Shown: positions 1 through 9,694, numbered from the stretch's first letter. The stretch: DNA of 36,684 nt from Lachnospiraceae bacterium (GCA_016286115.1 JAEESA010000001.1:1-36684); one strand, 5' to 3'. Made by a program: numbers and translations. Notes: generated by a model not told the origin, from the sequence alone.

Positions 1-1068
1 AGCGCGTCCGGCGGCGATTTCCTCCTTGATCGACTGGAGATTTACCATATCCGTCCCGATATAGTTTCCATTTGCATCATGAAGAGCAGGGGATTCCAGG
101 ATCGTACTCTCCTGCAGTACATAGCTCTCCACATCAAAGCGATGTTCGTGATCATTGGGAAGAGACCAGTCGTCAAATTCCGAATACATCCGGTCGCCTG
201 CATCATACCGCGGAGCATAGGCGGCTTTCAAGAGCTCGTACTTTTCTTCCAGAAACTTCGGATCCTCCAGTGCTTTTGCGGCTTCCTCTTTGCTCGCATA
301 GCCGAGGCTGGCGTAATTACTGATTATATATTCTTTGACATATTCCTCTGCTTCCGGTTTGGCGCTGTCGTCGACGAAGAGCCCTAAAACCTCTGTCCCT
401 TCTTTTCCCCGGTACGCGAAGGGATATTCATTTTCTTCTCCTTCATATTTCGTACTTTCCAATACAGGACCCATACCCGAGGAGAAAAGCCCGGAGGAAT
501 TAAAAGGAAACCCGCCCACGTTATAGGAAATATTTTTATTTCCGGCCGATTCTTCCAGTTCTGTAAAGTGCCAGCCTTCCCCGATCTGGCTGTAAGGAGC
601 ATCTTCTCCGGTATCTGCTTCTGTCAGGCAGTGCTTGCTGTACCAGGCCAGATGCTTTTCCGAAAGATCCATTTCCGTGCCGGTCCTGTCCAGATATTCC
701 TGCGGGGTCAGGTGCTTTTCCGCGAGGATGCTGGTCTCCGAGGCAGAGATCGAGGCAAAGCTCCAGCAGGTGCCCCATGGATTCTGAAAACGGATATCGG
801 GGACGTAACACTTTCCGTTTTGATCCCTCAGATCCACTTTCGCCGGCAGGGAAGCCGCTTCGGAAAGCATTTTCTGCCGGGAGGCTTCCGATTTATAGGA
901 CAGCGGCCGCTCTACGGCCATATCCATAAGGGCTTTCGCGGAGGGGAGAGGTACTTTCTCCGCCGCGGTAGTACGGCCGGGAAGCACGCCTGCCCCCAAA
1001 ACGGCAGATAGCGAAAGTGCCAGCGCCGCTCTTTTCATCCTGTTTCCGACTTTACTTCTTTCCTTCAT
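1..1068 (-). CDS. Secreted papain-like (C1 family) cysteine peptidase; 5' part only, the 3' end lies beyond the left window edge
   Basis: Missing from the ORF track because it runs off the window. Plus-strand frame 1 has no TTA/CTA/TCA between 1 and 1068, so the minus frame is open. ATG at 1068-1066 sits 7 nt after AGGAGG (1081-1076). It gives MKERSKVGNRMKRAALALSLSAVLGAGVLPG (signal peptide), then DIRFQNPWGTCWSFASISASETS, the oxyanion Gln plus G-x-C-W nucleophile motif of C1 peptidases. Confidence 0.8.
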   Translation of the reverse strand, partial: MKERSKVGNRMKRAALALSLSAVLGAGVLPGRTTAAEKVPLPSAKALMDMAVERPLSYKSEASRQKMLSEAASLPAKVDLRDQNGKCYVPDIRFQNPWGTCWSFASISASETSILAEKHLTPQEYLDRTGTEMDLSEKHLAWYSKHCLTEADTGEDAPYSQIGEGWHFTELEESAGNKNISYNVGGFPFNSSGLFSSGMGPVLESTKYEGEENEYPFAYRGKEGTEVLGLFVDDSAKPEAEEYVKEYIISNYASLGYASKEEAAKALEDPKFLEEKYELLKAAYAPRYDAGDRMYSEFDDWSLPNDHEHRFDVESYVLQESTILESPALHDANGNYIGTDMVNLQSIKEEIAAGRA

Positions 1069-1238
1069 TTCTTTTCCTCCTGAAAGATGGGATTTCCCGG
1101 CACTTCGCCGGGAAGCGCCGGATGTGTTCCCATTATAGCAGAGACAAGGGAAAATGACTAGTTTCTGTTCAGAATCCCGTTCCGAACAGTTACACTGACT
1201 GCAAAAAAAGATCAGGTTCCGTTCGCCGGCGGAATGCC

Positions 1239-1267
1239 TTGACACCGAAGGGGTGTTATGCGATAAT
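1239..1267 (+). promoter_or_regulatory. Sigma-70-type promoter candidate for the small membrane protein / lgt unit
   Basis: TTGACA (1239-1244), 17-nt spacer, GATAAT (1262-1267), about 35 nt upstream of the SD at 1293. Confidence 0.45.
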
Positions 1268-1306
1268 TCCTCTAACTGTTAATTTGTTTCATAGGAGGGA
1301 ATGATA

Positions 1307-1606
1307 ATGGCTATAGCTGCATTGATCCTTGGCATTGCCGGTGTTATCTTTGACTTTGTGTTCTTCCCGGTAGGACTGATCTGCTCCATCGTTGCGGTCA
1401 TCCTCGGGGCACTTGGAAGAAAGAAACCGGAAGGCAAGGGCCTGGCAACTGCCGGTCTGGTGCTTGGTATCGTTGGCCTGGTGCTTGGTATTATCGCTCT
1501 GGTCTGCACGATCCTGTGCGCGACTGCAATTGCCGTGAGTGGGGGATCGGTGATCGGAGGACTTGCCGGACTTGCCGGAATGGTTGGCGAACTTGGCGCA
1601 ATGTAA
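1307..1606 (+). CDS. Small hydrophobic membrane protein (DUF4190-like: Gly/Ile/Leu/Val-rich helices split by a short RKKPEGKG loop)
   Basis: ORF 1301..1606. AGGAGG lies at 1293-1298. The ATG at 1301 is only 2 nt from it and the ATG at 1307 is 8 nt away, so 1307 is preferred. The protein is almost entirely transmembrane-like. The family name is from memory. Confidence 0.6.
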   Translation: MAIAALILGIAGVIFDFVFFPVGLICSIVAVILGALGRKKPEGKGLATAGLVLGIVGLVLGIIALVCTILCATAIAVSGGSVIGGLAGLAGMVGELGAM

Positions 1607-1625
1607 AGCATAATGAATTGGATGG

Positions 1626-1656
1626 AGGCTTCTGGATGTGCCAGAAGCCTTCTTTC
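1626..1656 (+). terminator. Hairpin, probably a partial terminator between the small membrane protein gene and lgt
   Basis: AGGCTTCTGG (1626-1635) pairs with CCAGAAGCCT (1641-1650) across a 5-nt loop, followed by TCTTTC. The tail is T-poor, so termination is probably leaky. Confidence 0.4.
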
Positions 1657-1685
1657 ATGCGCAGGGCGTTCTTAGGAGTTTTTCT

Positions 1686-2468
1686 ATGCATTTCTATTTT
1701 CATATTTTCGGACTGCACATTCCGGCCTACGGCGTCATGGTCGTGATCGGCGGGGCGCTGGCGAATGTGCTCGCGTATTTTACCATAAAGAAAAAAGGCG
1801 GAGATTTTAATGATGTGATGGCGCTGGAGGGCTATGCCTTCCTGTTCGGACTGATCGGGGCAAAGGGCCTCTATCTCTTTGCGTCCCGAAATGAGATCGA
1901 GTGGGACCGGCTGACGGACATCAATTACTTTATCTATCTGTTCCGCGGCGGCTTCGTGTTTTACGGCGGTCTCATCGCGGCCGTGATCGGGATCTTCCTT
2001 GCGGGGAAATGGCATAAGCTTGATACGGCCATGTATGTAAGGAAACTGATCTATCTTGTGCCGCTCGCCCACGGGTTCGGGCGGATCGGGTGCTTCCTCG
2101 GCGGGTGCTGTTACGGCATCCCCTATGACGGACCGTTTTCCGTCGTGTTCCCGGAAGGAACCGTGGCGCCGGCCGGGATCCCGCTGTTTCCGGTGCAGCT
2201 TCTGGAAGCGGTGGTATTATTCGTGATTTTCGGTATCCTTGCTTATCTCAGCCTCAAAAAAGAGTGGCCTTATATGCTGGAAACCTATCTGATCCTGTAC
2301 GGCATCGCGCGTTTTGGGATCGAATTCTTACGCTACGACGACTATCGCGGTTCCTTCCTGGCCCTGTCCACCTCGCAGTGGGTGAGCCTTGGCGCCGTCG
2401 CTGTCGCCGTGATCATGATCCTGTTTCGTAAAAAAAGACCCACGCTGCTTCGTTCAAAGCAGGCATAG
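1686..2468 (+). CDS. lgt: Prolipoprotein diacylglyceryl transferase
   Basis: ORF 1638..2468. HGFGRIGCFLGGCCYG is the Lgt signature, and the protein is a polytopic membrane protein of typical size. The ATG at 1686 follows AGGAG (1672-1676) at good spacing, so it is preferred over 1638. Confidence 0.9.
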   Translation: MHFYFHIFGLHIPAYGVMVVIGGALANVLAYFTIKKKGGDFNDVMALEGYAFLFGLIGAKGLYLFASRNEIEWDRLTDINYFIYLFRGGFVFYGGLIAAVIGIFLAGKWHKLDTAMYVRKLIYLVPLAHGFGRIGCFLGGCCYGIPYDGPFSVVFPEGTVAPAGIPLFPVQLLEAVVLFVIFGILAYLSLKKEWPYMLETYLILYGIARFGIEFLRYDDYRGSFLALSTSQWVSLGAVAVAVIMILFRKKRPTLLRSKQA

Positions 2469-2520
2469 AAGGAGTCGGATCACAAGCAGATTACATAAAT
2501 GTGAGAATTTTCTGAAAATT

Positions 2521-2547
2521 TTAGCACTCTCCTCTTGACAGTGCTAA
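2521..2547 (+). promoter_or_regulatory. CIRCE element (HrcA operator)
   Basis: TTAGCACTC-N9-CAGTGCTAA matches the consensus TTAGCACTC-N9-GAGTGCTAA at 17 of 18 arm positions. It lies 50 nt upstream of the clpB start. Confidence 0.8.
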
Positions 2548-2563
2548 TCAGTCGTGGTATAAA
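2535..2563 (+). promoter_or_regulatory. clpB promoter overlapping CIRCE
   Basis: TTGACA (2535-2540), 17-nt spacer, TATAAA (2558-2563). The -35 box lies inside the CIRCE spacer and right arm. Confidence 0.6.
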
Positions 2564-2597
2564 CACATTATGAAAATGAACAGAGGAGGAGACAGGT

Positions 2598-5180
2598 ATG
2601 AATATTTCGAAATTTACGCAGAAATCACAGGAAGCCCTGTCGAGATGCGAAAAGCTTTGTTATGAATACGGAAATCAGGAGATGGCGGAAGAGCATCTTT
2701 TCTATGCCCTTTTTGAGCAGGAGGACGGCCTGATCAAGAAGCTTGCCGAGAAAATGGGGATCGATGCCAATGCTTTGATGGGGGAATTTAAGCACCTCAT
2801 CGAAGGCCGGACAAAGGTACAGGGCGGAGACCTTCTGATCGGGAAGGAGCTCAATAACGCGCTGGTCCATGCGGAGGATTTTGCGAAGCAGATGGGCGAT
2901 TCCTATGTGTCTGTGGAGCACCTCGTGCTGTCGCTGATGAAATACAGCCGGCGGCAGGTCACGGATCTTCTGAAAACCTGGGGCTTTACGAAGGATGAAT
3001 TTTTGAAGGCGCTCGCGACGGTCCGCGGGAATACGGTCGTGAATTCGGACAACCCGGAGAGCACCTATGATACGCTTGAAAAGTACGGCTATGATATGGT
3101 GGAACGCGCGAAGAACCAGGAGAGCGACCCGGTGATCGGGCGGGATGAGGAGATTAGGAATGTCATTCGGATCCTTTCCCGGAAATCGAAGAATAACCCC
3201 GTTTTGATCGGCGAACCCGGCGTCGGGAAAACGGCGGTCGTGGAAGGCCTGGCGCAGAGGATCGCACGGAATGACGTGCCGGAGCAGCTGAAGGATAAGC
3301 GCCTTTTCTCTCTGGACCTCGGAGCGCTTGTGGCCGGGGCGAAATACCGCGGGGAGTTTGAGGAACGGCTGAAAGCGGTGCTGGATGAGATCCGCGGCAG
3401 CGACGGCGGGATCATCCTCTTTATTGATGAATTGCACACGATCGTCGGCGCTGGCAAGACTGACGGCGCCATGGATGCGGGACAGCTCTTAAAGCCCATG
3501 CTGGCAAGGGGCGAACTCCACTGCATCGGCGCGACGACGCTGGATGAGTACAGGGAATATATTGAAAAGGATAAGGCCCTGGAGCGGCGGTTCCAGCCGG
3601 TGCAGGTCAACGAACCCACCGTGCAGGAGACGATCTCGATCCTTCGCGGGCTGGATGAACGCTATGAAGTCTTCCACGGCGTGAAGATCAGGGATGCGGC
3701 TCTGGTGGCGGCAGCCCAGCTTTCCGACCGCTATATCACGGACCGTTTCCTTCCCGACAAGGCGATCGACCTGGTGGACGAGGCCTGCGCATTGATCAAG
3801 ACCGAGATGGACAGTAAGCCCACGGAGCTTGACGAATTGGATCGTAAGATCATGCAGCTCACGATCGAGGAAAAGGCGCTGGAAAAGGAGACGGACGAGC
3901 GCAGCAAGGAACGCCTTCAGGATCTGCAGAAAGAGCTGTCCGAGCTCAAGGATACCGCGAATGAGCGGAAGGCGAAATGGGAGAATGAAAAGGACGCTGT
4001 GGCGAAGGTGCAGCGGCTTCGTGAAGAGATGGAGGCGCTGCGTGAAGAGATCACGGAAGCAGAGCAGAATTATGACCTGGACCGCGCTGCTGAGCTGAAA
4101 TACGGGCGCCTGCCGGAGCTCACAAAGGAGCTGGCGGAAGAAGAGGAAGCGGTGAAAAAGGAAGACCTTTCCCTGGTGCGCCAGGAAGTGACCGAGGAAG
4201 AGATCGAAAAGATCATCAGCCGTTGGACCGGGATTCCCGTTGCGAAGCTTTCGGAGACCGAACGGAACAAGACCCTGCATCTTTCGGACGAACTGCATAA
4301 ACGGATCATCGGTCAGGACGAGGCGGTGGAAAAGGTGACGGAAGCCATCATCCGTTCCAAAGCCGGCATCAAGGATCCGAAGAAGCCGATCGGGTCGTTT
4401 TTGTTCCTCGGACCTACTGGTGTTGGGAAGACCGAGCTCGCGAAGACGATCGCGGAGAGCCTCTTTGACGACGAACGCAATATCGTCCGCCTTGATATGA
4501 CCGAGTACATGGAGAAGTTTTCGGTATCGCGCCTCATCGGAGCGCCTCCCGGATACGTGGGCTATGAAGAGGGCGGCCAGCTCACCGAAGCTGTGCGCAG
4601 AAAGCCTTATTCCGTCGTGCTTTTTGACGAGATCGAAAAGGCGCATCCGGATGTGTTCAATATCCTTCTGCAGGTGCTGGACGACGGCCGGATCACGGAT
4701 TCCTTGGGCCGCACCGTGGACTTTAAGAATACGATATTGATCCTGACCAGCAACCTCGGTTCGCAGGAGCTTCTGGACGGCATCGATGAGAACGGAAACA
4801 TCGAAAAAGAGGCGGAGGAAGCCGTGTTGGACGAACTGAGAGGAGCCTTCCGGCCGGAGTTTTTGAACCGTTTGGATGAGACGATCCTCTTTAAACCTCT
4901 GACGAAAGAAAACGTGGGCGGCATCATCAAGCTCCTTGTGAAGGATCTGAATGCGCGGATCGAGGACAAGGGGATCACGGTGGAGCTCACGCAGGCTGCG
5001 GAAGACTATGTCGTGGACAAAGGCTACGACCCGGCCTACGGCGCAAGGCCGCTGAAGAGATACCTCCAGAGAAACGTGGAGACGATGGCGGCCCGCGAGA
5101 TGTTATCCCAGACCATCACCGACGGAGACACGCTCCTGATCGACGTGAAGGATGGGGAGCTGTGTGCTCAGAAAAAATGA
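2598..5180 (+). CDS. clpB: ATP-dependent disaggregase ClpB (two AAA+ modules with a coiled-coil middle domain)
   Basis: 860 aa. It has a Clp N-domain, Walker A GEPGVGKT and GPTGVGKT, a long charged coiled-coil between the nucleotide-binding domains (a ClpB feature absent from ClpA/C/X), and GARPLKR near the C-terminus. SD GGAGGAG lies at 2584-2590. Confidence 0.97.
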   Translation: MNISKFTQKSQEALSRCEKLCYEYGNQEMAEEHLFYALFEQEDGLIKKLAEKMGIDANALMGEFKHLIEGRTKVQGGDLLIGKELNNALVHAEDFAKQMGDSYVSVEHLVLSLMKYSRRQVTDLLKTWGFTKDEFLKALATVRGNTVVNSDNPESTYDTLEKYGYDMVERAKNQESDPVIGRDEEIRNVIRILSRKSKNNPVLIGEPGVGKTAVVEGLAQRIARNDVPEQLKDKRLFSLDLGALVAGAKYRGEFEERLKAVLDEIRGSDGGIILFIDELHTIVGAGKTDGAMDAGQLLKPMLARGELHCIGATTLDEYREYIEKDKALERRFQPVQVNEPTVQETISILRGLDERYEVFHGVKIRDAALVAAAQLSDRYITDRFLPDKAIDLVDEACALIKTEMDSKPTELDELDRKIMQLTIEEKALEKETDERSKERLQDLQKELSELKDTANERKAKWENEKDAVAKVQRLREEMEALREEITEAEQNYDLDRAAELKYGRLPELTKELAEEEEAVKKEDLSLVRQEVTEEEIEKIISRWTGIPVAKLSETERNKTLHLSDELHKRIIGQDEAVEKVTEAIIRSKAGIKDPKKPIGSFLFLGPTGVGKTELAKTIAESLFDDERNIVRLDMTEYMEKFSVSRLIGAPPGYVGYEEGGQLTEAVRRKPYSVVLFDEIEKAHPDVFNILLQVLDDGRITDSLGRTVDFKNTILILTSNLGSQELLDGIDENGNIEKEAEEAVLDELRGAFRPEFLNRLDETILFKPLTKENVGGIIKLLVKDLNARIEDKGITVELTQAAEDYVVDKGYDPAYGARPLKRYLQRNVETMAAREMLSQTITDGDTLLIDVKDGELCAQKK

Positions 5181-5199
5181 AGATGAAATGATGTATAAG

Positions 5200-5230
5200 A
5201 AAAGCCCCTTGCGGATCAGGGGCTTTTTCT
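5200..5230 (+). terminator. Intrinsic terminator of clpB
   Basis: AAAAGCCCCT (5200-5209) pairs with AGGGGCTTTT (5218-5227) across an 8-nt loop and runs into a T-rich tail. A possible aminotransferase promoter, TTGCGG-18-TATAAT (5209-5238), is nested in it. Confidence 0.75.
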
Positions 5231-5269
5231 TATATAATTTACTCAATTATGATGTTAAGGAGAACGCCT

Positions 5270-6553
5270 ATGAAACGATACGATGAAATGACAAAAGAAG
5301 AACTCCTGCAGGAAAAGGAGGCGCTGGAAAGAGAGTATAAGGACAAGCAGGCGAAGGGCCTGAAGCTCAATATGGCGCGCGGAAAGCCGTCGGAGGAGCA
5401 GCTCAATCTTTCGCTGCCGATGATGGACGTCATGTATTCGATGGCAAAGCTCTCGGCGGATGACGGGACGGACTGCCGTAACTACGGCGAACTCGAAGGG
5501 ATCTATGAGGCCAGAAAGCTGATGGCCGAGATCATGGATACGACGCCGGACCGCGTGATCTGTTTCGGCAATTCCTCGCTGAACGTTATGTACGATATGA
5601 TCGCGCGTGCGATGACACACGGGATCTGCGGGAACACGCCCTGGTGCAAGCTCGATGAAGTGAAGTTTTTGTGCCCGGTGCCGGGGTATGATCGGCATTT
5701 CGCGATCACGGAATTTTTCGGGATCAAGATGATCAATATTCCGATGACGCCGATGGGCCCGGATATGGATCTTGTGGAAAAATATGTTTCGGAAGACGAG
5801 TCGATCAAGGGGATCTGGTGCGTGCCGAAGTTTTCCAATCCGGAAGGCATTGTGTATTCGACGGAAACGGTGCTGCGGTTCGCGAACCTGAAGCCGGCGG
5901 CGAAGGATTTCCGCATCTTCTGGGACAATGCGTACTCGGTGCATTATCTTTATGATGACAAGCCCCAGATCCCGGATCTTGTGAGAGAGTGCGAAAGAGC
6001 GGGAAATCCTGACATGGTCTATAAATTTGCCTCGACGAGCAAGATCACGTTCCCGGGCAGCGGGATCTCCGCAATGGCCGTTTCGGAGAATAACCGGAAG
6101 AGTATTCTGGAGATGATGAAGATCCAGACGATCGGCCCGGATAAGGTGAACCAGCTCCGCCATGTGAGGTTCCTTAAGAACCGCGAGGGCGTGGAGGAAC
6201 AGATGCGCCGTCACGCGGCTATTTTGAGACCGAAATTCGATATGGTGGAGAAAGTATTAAATAAAGAATTAATAAGCCGCGGAATTGGCAGTTTCTTCTC
6301 GCCTCGCGGCGGTTACTTCCTGGCGTTCAATGCGCCGGAGGGAACGGCGAAAAGGATCGTTACGCTCGCGAAGGAGTGCGGCGTGACCATGACCGGCGCC
6401 GGGGCTCCGTTCCCTTATGGAATTGATCCGAAGGATTCCGTGATCCGTATCGCGCCAAGCTTCCCGCCGCTCGAGGAGCTGGAAGAAGCGGCAAAGATCT
6501 TCCAGATCTGCGCGCGGATGGCAGCAGTGGAAAAGCTTTTGGAAACGGCATGA
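5270..6553 (+). CDS. PLP-dependent aspartate aminotransferase of the Corynebacterium AspT/AspB type
   Basis: ORF 5249..6553; the ATG at 5270 follows AAGGAG. Blocks LKLNMARGKPSEEQL, DGTDCRNYGELEGI, CPVPGYDRHFAITE, FASTSKITFPGSGIS (PLP lysine) and GPDKVNQLRH match my recollection of the C. glutamicum AspT sequence. Confidence 0.75.
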   Translation: MKRYDEMTKEELLQEKEALEREYKDKQAKGLKLNMARGKPSEEQLNLSLPMMDVMYSMAKLSADDGTDCRNYGELEGIYEARKLMAEIMDTTPDRVICFGNSSLNVMYDMIARAMTHGICGNTPWCKLDEVKFLCPVPGYDRHFAITEFFGIKMINIPMTPMGPDMDLVEKYVSEDESIKGIWCVPKFSNPEGIVYSTETVLRFANLKPAAKDFRIFWDNAYSVHYLYDDKPQIPDLVRECERAGNPDMVYKFASTSKITFPGSGISAMAVSENNRKSILEMMKIQTIGPDKVNQLRHVRFLKNREGVEEQMRRHAAILRPKFDMVEKVLNKELISRGIGSFFSPRGGYFLAFNAPEGTAKRIVTLAKECGVTMTGAGAPFPYGIDPKDSVIRIAPSFPPLEELEEAAKIFQICARMAAVEKLLETA

Positions 6554-6581
6554 CCATAAAACGCAAGGAGGAGGCGCATAT

Positions 6582-7679
6582 ATGAATCGCGCCCTTACCG
6601 CGAATAGAAATATCGGGATGGATATCGCAAGGATCCTGGCCATGAGCGGGGTCCTTTTCGGTCACACCACGGTTTATAAGATTGCAGAGCTGGATCCTCC
6701 GCCATATCCCATAGAGGATATGGTGGCATATGTAAGCGTCTTTGTGTTTTTTGTTCTGAGCGGCTATCTGTTCGGAGCAGGCTTTTTTAAGAAACCGGAG
6801 GAGTTTTCAGTCCCCCGCCATTTTCTGAAGCGGATGCTGAGGATCCTTCCGGTCTATTATTTAGCGCTTTTTTTCACCTGGTACATGAACGGCTGGGAAG
6901 GAAAGATCCCGATCAAGTGTTTTTTTCTGCTCCAGAATTACAAGCCGAAGGCACTGAGCTTCATGCCTGTAGCCTGGAGTTTATGTGTTGAAGAGTGGAC
7001 TTATGTGCTCCTGGCGTTTGTGTTTCTGCTCCTTGGCCTTTGTAAAAAGCTTTCAGGGGATAAGCGGATGCTCCTTGCGGCGCTGCTCCTCATCATTACT
7101 TCTCATGTGATCCGTGTGATCATTGTCATAAGAGATCCCTCCGTTGCATTTGATGCCGGGATCAGGAAACAGACGCTTGCTTCGATGGATTCCTTCGGAT
7201 ATGGGATCCTTGCCGCTGCATTGGAGAAAAGGAAGCCGGAGTTTTTTAGAAAAACCTTCCATGGACCGATGGCGCTTCTGCTTTCCGTGGCCTGTATCGC
7301 GTTGGCGGTACCCGGGTTTTACGATCTTCTCTATGAAAAAAACGATGGCCCGTTTGCGAAAGTTTTTGGCTTTACATTGTTTGCGCTGGGAGCGCTTTTC
7401 CTGGTGCTGTTCCTAAAGGGCTGCTTTGAAAAAGTGAAGGTGCCGGCGATCCCTGCCGCCGTGGTCGGGTTTTGCAGCGCACTGACCTATCCCCTGTATC
7501 TCATCCATTTTCAGTACTACATCAAGTGGTCGAATTTCTGCCGGTATCAGGGGATCGTAGTTCGGGGAGAGTATATCGCGAGGGCAATATTGTCCGCGCT
7601 GCTATGGGCGCTGATCGTCCATGTTGTTCTGGAGATCCCGCTGGGGATCTTACGAAAGAAGGTGGGAAAGAGTGGATAG
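6582..7679 (+). CDS. Acyltransferase family 3 (AT3) integral membrane O-acyltransferase
   Basis: 365 aa and polytopic. The N-terminal NRNIGMDIARILAMSGVLFGH motif is typical of AT3 proteins. SD AAGGAGGAGG lies 7 nt upstream. Confidence 0.8.
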   Translation: MNRALTANRNIGMDIARILAMSGVLFGHTTVYKIAELDPPPYPIEDMVAYVSVFVFFVLSGYLFGAGFFKKPEEFSVPRHFLKRMLRILPVYYLALFFTWYMNGWEGKIPIKCFFLLQNYKPKALSFMPVAWSLCVEEWTYVLLAFVFLLLGLCKKLSGDKRMLLAALLLIITSHVIRVIIVIRDPSVAFDAGIRKQTLASMDSFGYGILAAALEKRKPEFFRKTFHGPMALLLSVACIALAVPGFYDLLYEKNDGPFAKVFGFTLFALGALFLVLFLKGCFEKVKVPAIPAAVVGFCSALTYPLYLIHFQYYIKWSNFCRYQGIVVRGEYIARAILSALLWALIVHVVLEIPLGILRKKVGKSG

Positions 7680-8619
7680 GCCGGATATTACGATCGTGAT
7701 TCCTGCATTGAATGAAGAAAAAACAATACCGTATTTTATCAAGGAAACCGAAAAAGTCCGAAAGTCTCTCGGGATGGAATTTGAGTACCTTTTCATCGAC
7801 GACGGGTCGACGGACGGGACGCTCGAGATGCTGAAAAAGCTGAGCAAAGCTTCGGATACGGTACACTATATCTCGTTTTCCAGAAACTTCGGAAAGGAAG
7901 CGGCGATCTATGCCGGGCTTTCCCATGCAAAGGGAGAGCTTGTGGCGATCATGGACGCGGACTTACAGGACCCGCCGTCGCTCCTGCCGGAAATGATCCG
8001 TTCGATCCGGGAAGACGGGGTGGACTGCGTCGGCACCCGGCGTGTCAGCCGTAAAGGTGAGCCGAAGATCCGCTCCTTTTTCGCACGGTGCTTTTACCGG
8101 TTGATCAACCGCCTGAGCAAGACCGAGGTCGTGGACGGGGCAAGAGATTATCAGCTCATGAATCGGAAGGTGGTGGAAGCCATCCTTTCGATGGGAGAGT
8201 ATAACCGGTTTTCGAAAGGCATCTTCGGCTGGGTCGGATATAAAAAGAAATGGCTGGAATATGAGAATGTAGAACGGGTTGCGGGAGAGACCAAGTGGTC
8301 GTTCTGGAAGCTCTTTGCTTACGCGATCGACGGGATCGTGGCCTTCTCCACGGCGCCGCTGACGTTTGCGTCCCTCGTGGGAACGCTATTTTGCCTTGTT
8401 GCCTTTATCATGATCATTGTGATCGTGATCAAAACGCTGGCCTTCGGAGACCCGACGTCGGGCTGGCCTTCCATGGTCTGTATCCTTTTGCTCGTGTCCG
8501 GCGTGCAGCTTTTCTGCATCGGGATCTTGGGGCAGTATCTTGCGAAGACGTATTTAGAGACAAAGAAACGGCCGATCTATCTGGTCGCGGAACAGGAGCT
8601 CGGAGAGGAAACGCGCTGA
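7672..8619 (+). CDS. GT2 polyisoprenyl-phosphate glycosyltransferase (GtrB/CsbB/ArnC-like) with two C-terminal TM helices
   Basis: ORF 7621..8619. Motifs: VIPALNEE, IDDGSTDGT, SRNFGKEAA, DADLQDPP and ERVAGETKWSFWKL. The GTG at 7672 follows AAGGTGGGA and overlaps the upstream stop (GTGGATAG), so it is preferred over the ATG at 7621. Confidence 0.85.
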   Translation: MDRPDITIVIPALNEEKTIPYFIKETEKVRKSLGMEFEYLFIDDGSTDGTLEMLKKLSKASDTVHYISFSRNFGKEAAIYAGLSHAKGELVAIMDADLQDPPSLLPEMIRSIREDGVDCVGTRRVSRKGEPKIRSFFARCFYRLINRLSKTEVVDGARDYQLMNRKVVEAILSMGEYNRFSKGIFGWVGYKKKWLEYENVERVAGETKWSFWKLFAYAIDGIVAFSTAPLTFASLVGTLFCLVAFIMIIVIVIKTLAFGDPTSGWPSMVCILLLVSGVQLFCIGILGQYLAKTYLETKKRPIYLVAEQELGEETR

Positions 8620-9687
8620 TCATTTTGCAGAGCTCGACGGTACGAAGAAGCCTTCGATCTTTTTGAAAAATTTCGTGCCGGTAAAGGCGCGGATCAGAAG
8701 CTGGACGGCCTTTGCAGAGAGCAGGATGGACGGGATCAGGAGAATGAAGAACAGCCACTGTCCGGCGACGGTAAAGTTCGTGTAAAGATAGCCGGAAAGA
8801 TACGCGCCGACCGTAAAGATCAGCTGGTGGTGCACCAAAAAGACCTCATAGGAGAGGTTGCCGAACATGGTAAAGAAGGCACAGACCGGCCGGCACTTCA
8901 TGATTGTTCCGCCGATGTTGTCGAGGAACAGGAAGAGAAGGATCCCGGCGATCGTCATGACCATGGTCTGGTTGGTGTTGAGCGGCATGAGAAGGAGCAC
9001 CAGAAATCCGCCGAGGAACGGCAGGGATTTCAGCGGCGAGGGTTTCCATTTCTCGCGGAACTTCATATAGGCCATCCCGCACCAGAAGGGCAGAAGGCAG
9101 ACCAGGAGGTTGTCCGAGAGTGCGATCTGAAACGGGTTGAAACGGATCGTGAGAAGGAACGCCGCCACCACGCCGACAGACGCGATCCAAAAGCATTTCC
9201 GGTACAAAAACAAGAGCAGCGGATAAAGCAGATAGAGCAGGATCACCGCGCCGAGGAACCATTCGCCGACCATGTAGTAATTCTGGTGGAGATAAAGGGT
9301 GTACCCGTCCATGCCGAAGACCGTGGGCAGAAACCATTGGGGATAGCCCATGAACAGTGGGTTTCCGTTGACCAGTGCCGTTTTGACATAGTAATAGAAC
9401 CAGACCAGGTAAAAGGCCGGGAACAGGCTTTTCCAGCGTTTAAAGTAAAAGGTCTTCAGATCCTTGAACTGCAGAGAGGGATAGTTTAAGACCAGCGCCG
9501 CTCCGGAGAGCATAAAAAAAACAGGAACCACGGCGCCGTGTCCCCAATCGCCGTTCACATAACCGGAAGGCACCGGAAAATGGTTCCAGCCCGGTACGCT
9601 TTCAAAGAGCCGTATCATGTGATAGAATATGATCAACAGGGCGCAGAGCCCACGGATTAAGTCAAAGGATTTCACTCGTTCTTTCAT
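8620..9687 (-). CDS. Acyltransferase family 3 (AT3) integral membrane O-acyltransferase, inverted relative to its neighbours
   Basis: ORF 8620..9753 (-). KSFDLIRGLCALLIIFYH is the AT3 N-terminal motif and the protein is polytopic. The start is uncertain: GTG 9753, ATG 9699 or ATG 9687, none with an SD. I prefer 9687 because a promoter sits 7 nt upstream of it. Confidence 0.75.
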   Translation of the reverse strand: MKERVKSFDLIRGLCALLIIFYHMIRLFESVPGWNHFPVPSGYVNGDWGHGAVVPVFFMLSGAALVLNYPSLQFKDLKTFYFKRWKSLFPAFYLVWFYYYVKTALVNGNPLFMGYPQWFLPTVFGMDGYTLYLHQNYYMVGEWFLGAVILLYLLYPLLLFLYRKCFWIASVGVVAAFLLTIRFNPFQIALSDNLLVCLLPFWCGMAYMKFREKWKPSPLKSLPFLGGFLVLLLMPLNTNQTMVMTIAGILLFLFLDNIGGTIMKCRPVCAFFTMFGNLSYEVFLVHHQLIFTVGAYLSGYLYTNFTVAGQWLFFILLIPSILLSAKAVQLLIRAFTGTKFFKKIEGFFVPSSSAK

Positions 9688-9694
9688 AGTTCTC

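Noticed and set aside
72-1011. ORF-track entries 72-323, 79-387, 335-526, 568-1011 (+) and 384-602, 536-811 (-) at the left edge.
   Set aside because: All overlap the open minus-strand frame that encodes the C1 peptidase with a signal peptide and a Q...GTCW motif. Their own translations are low-complexity.
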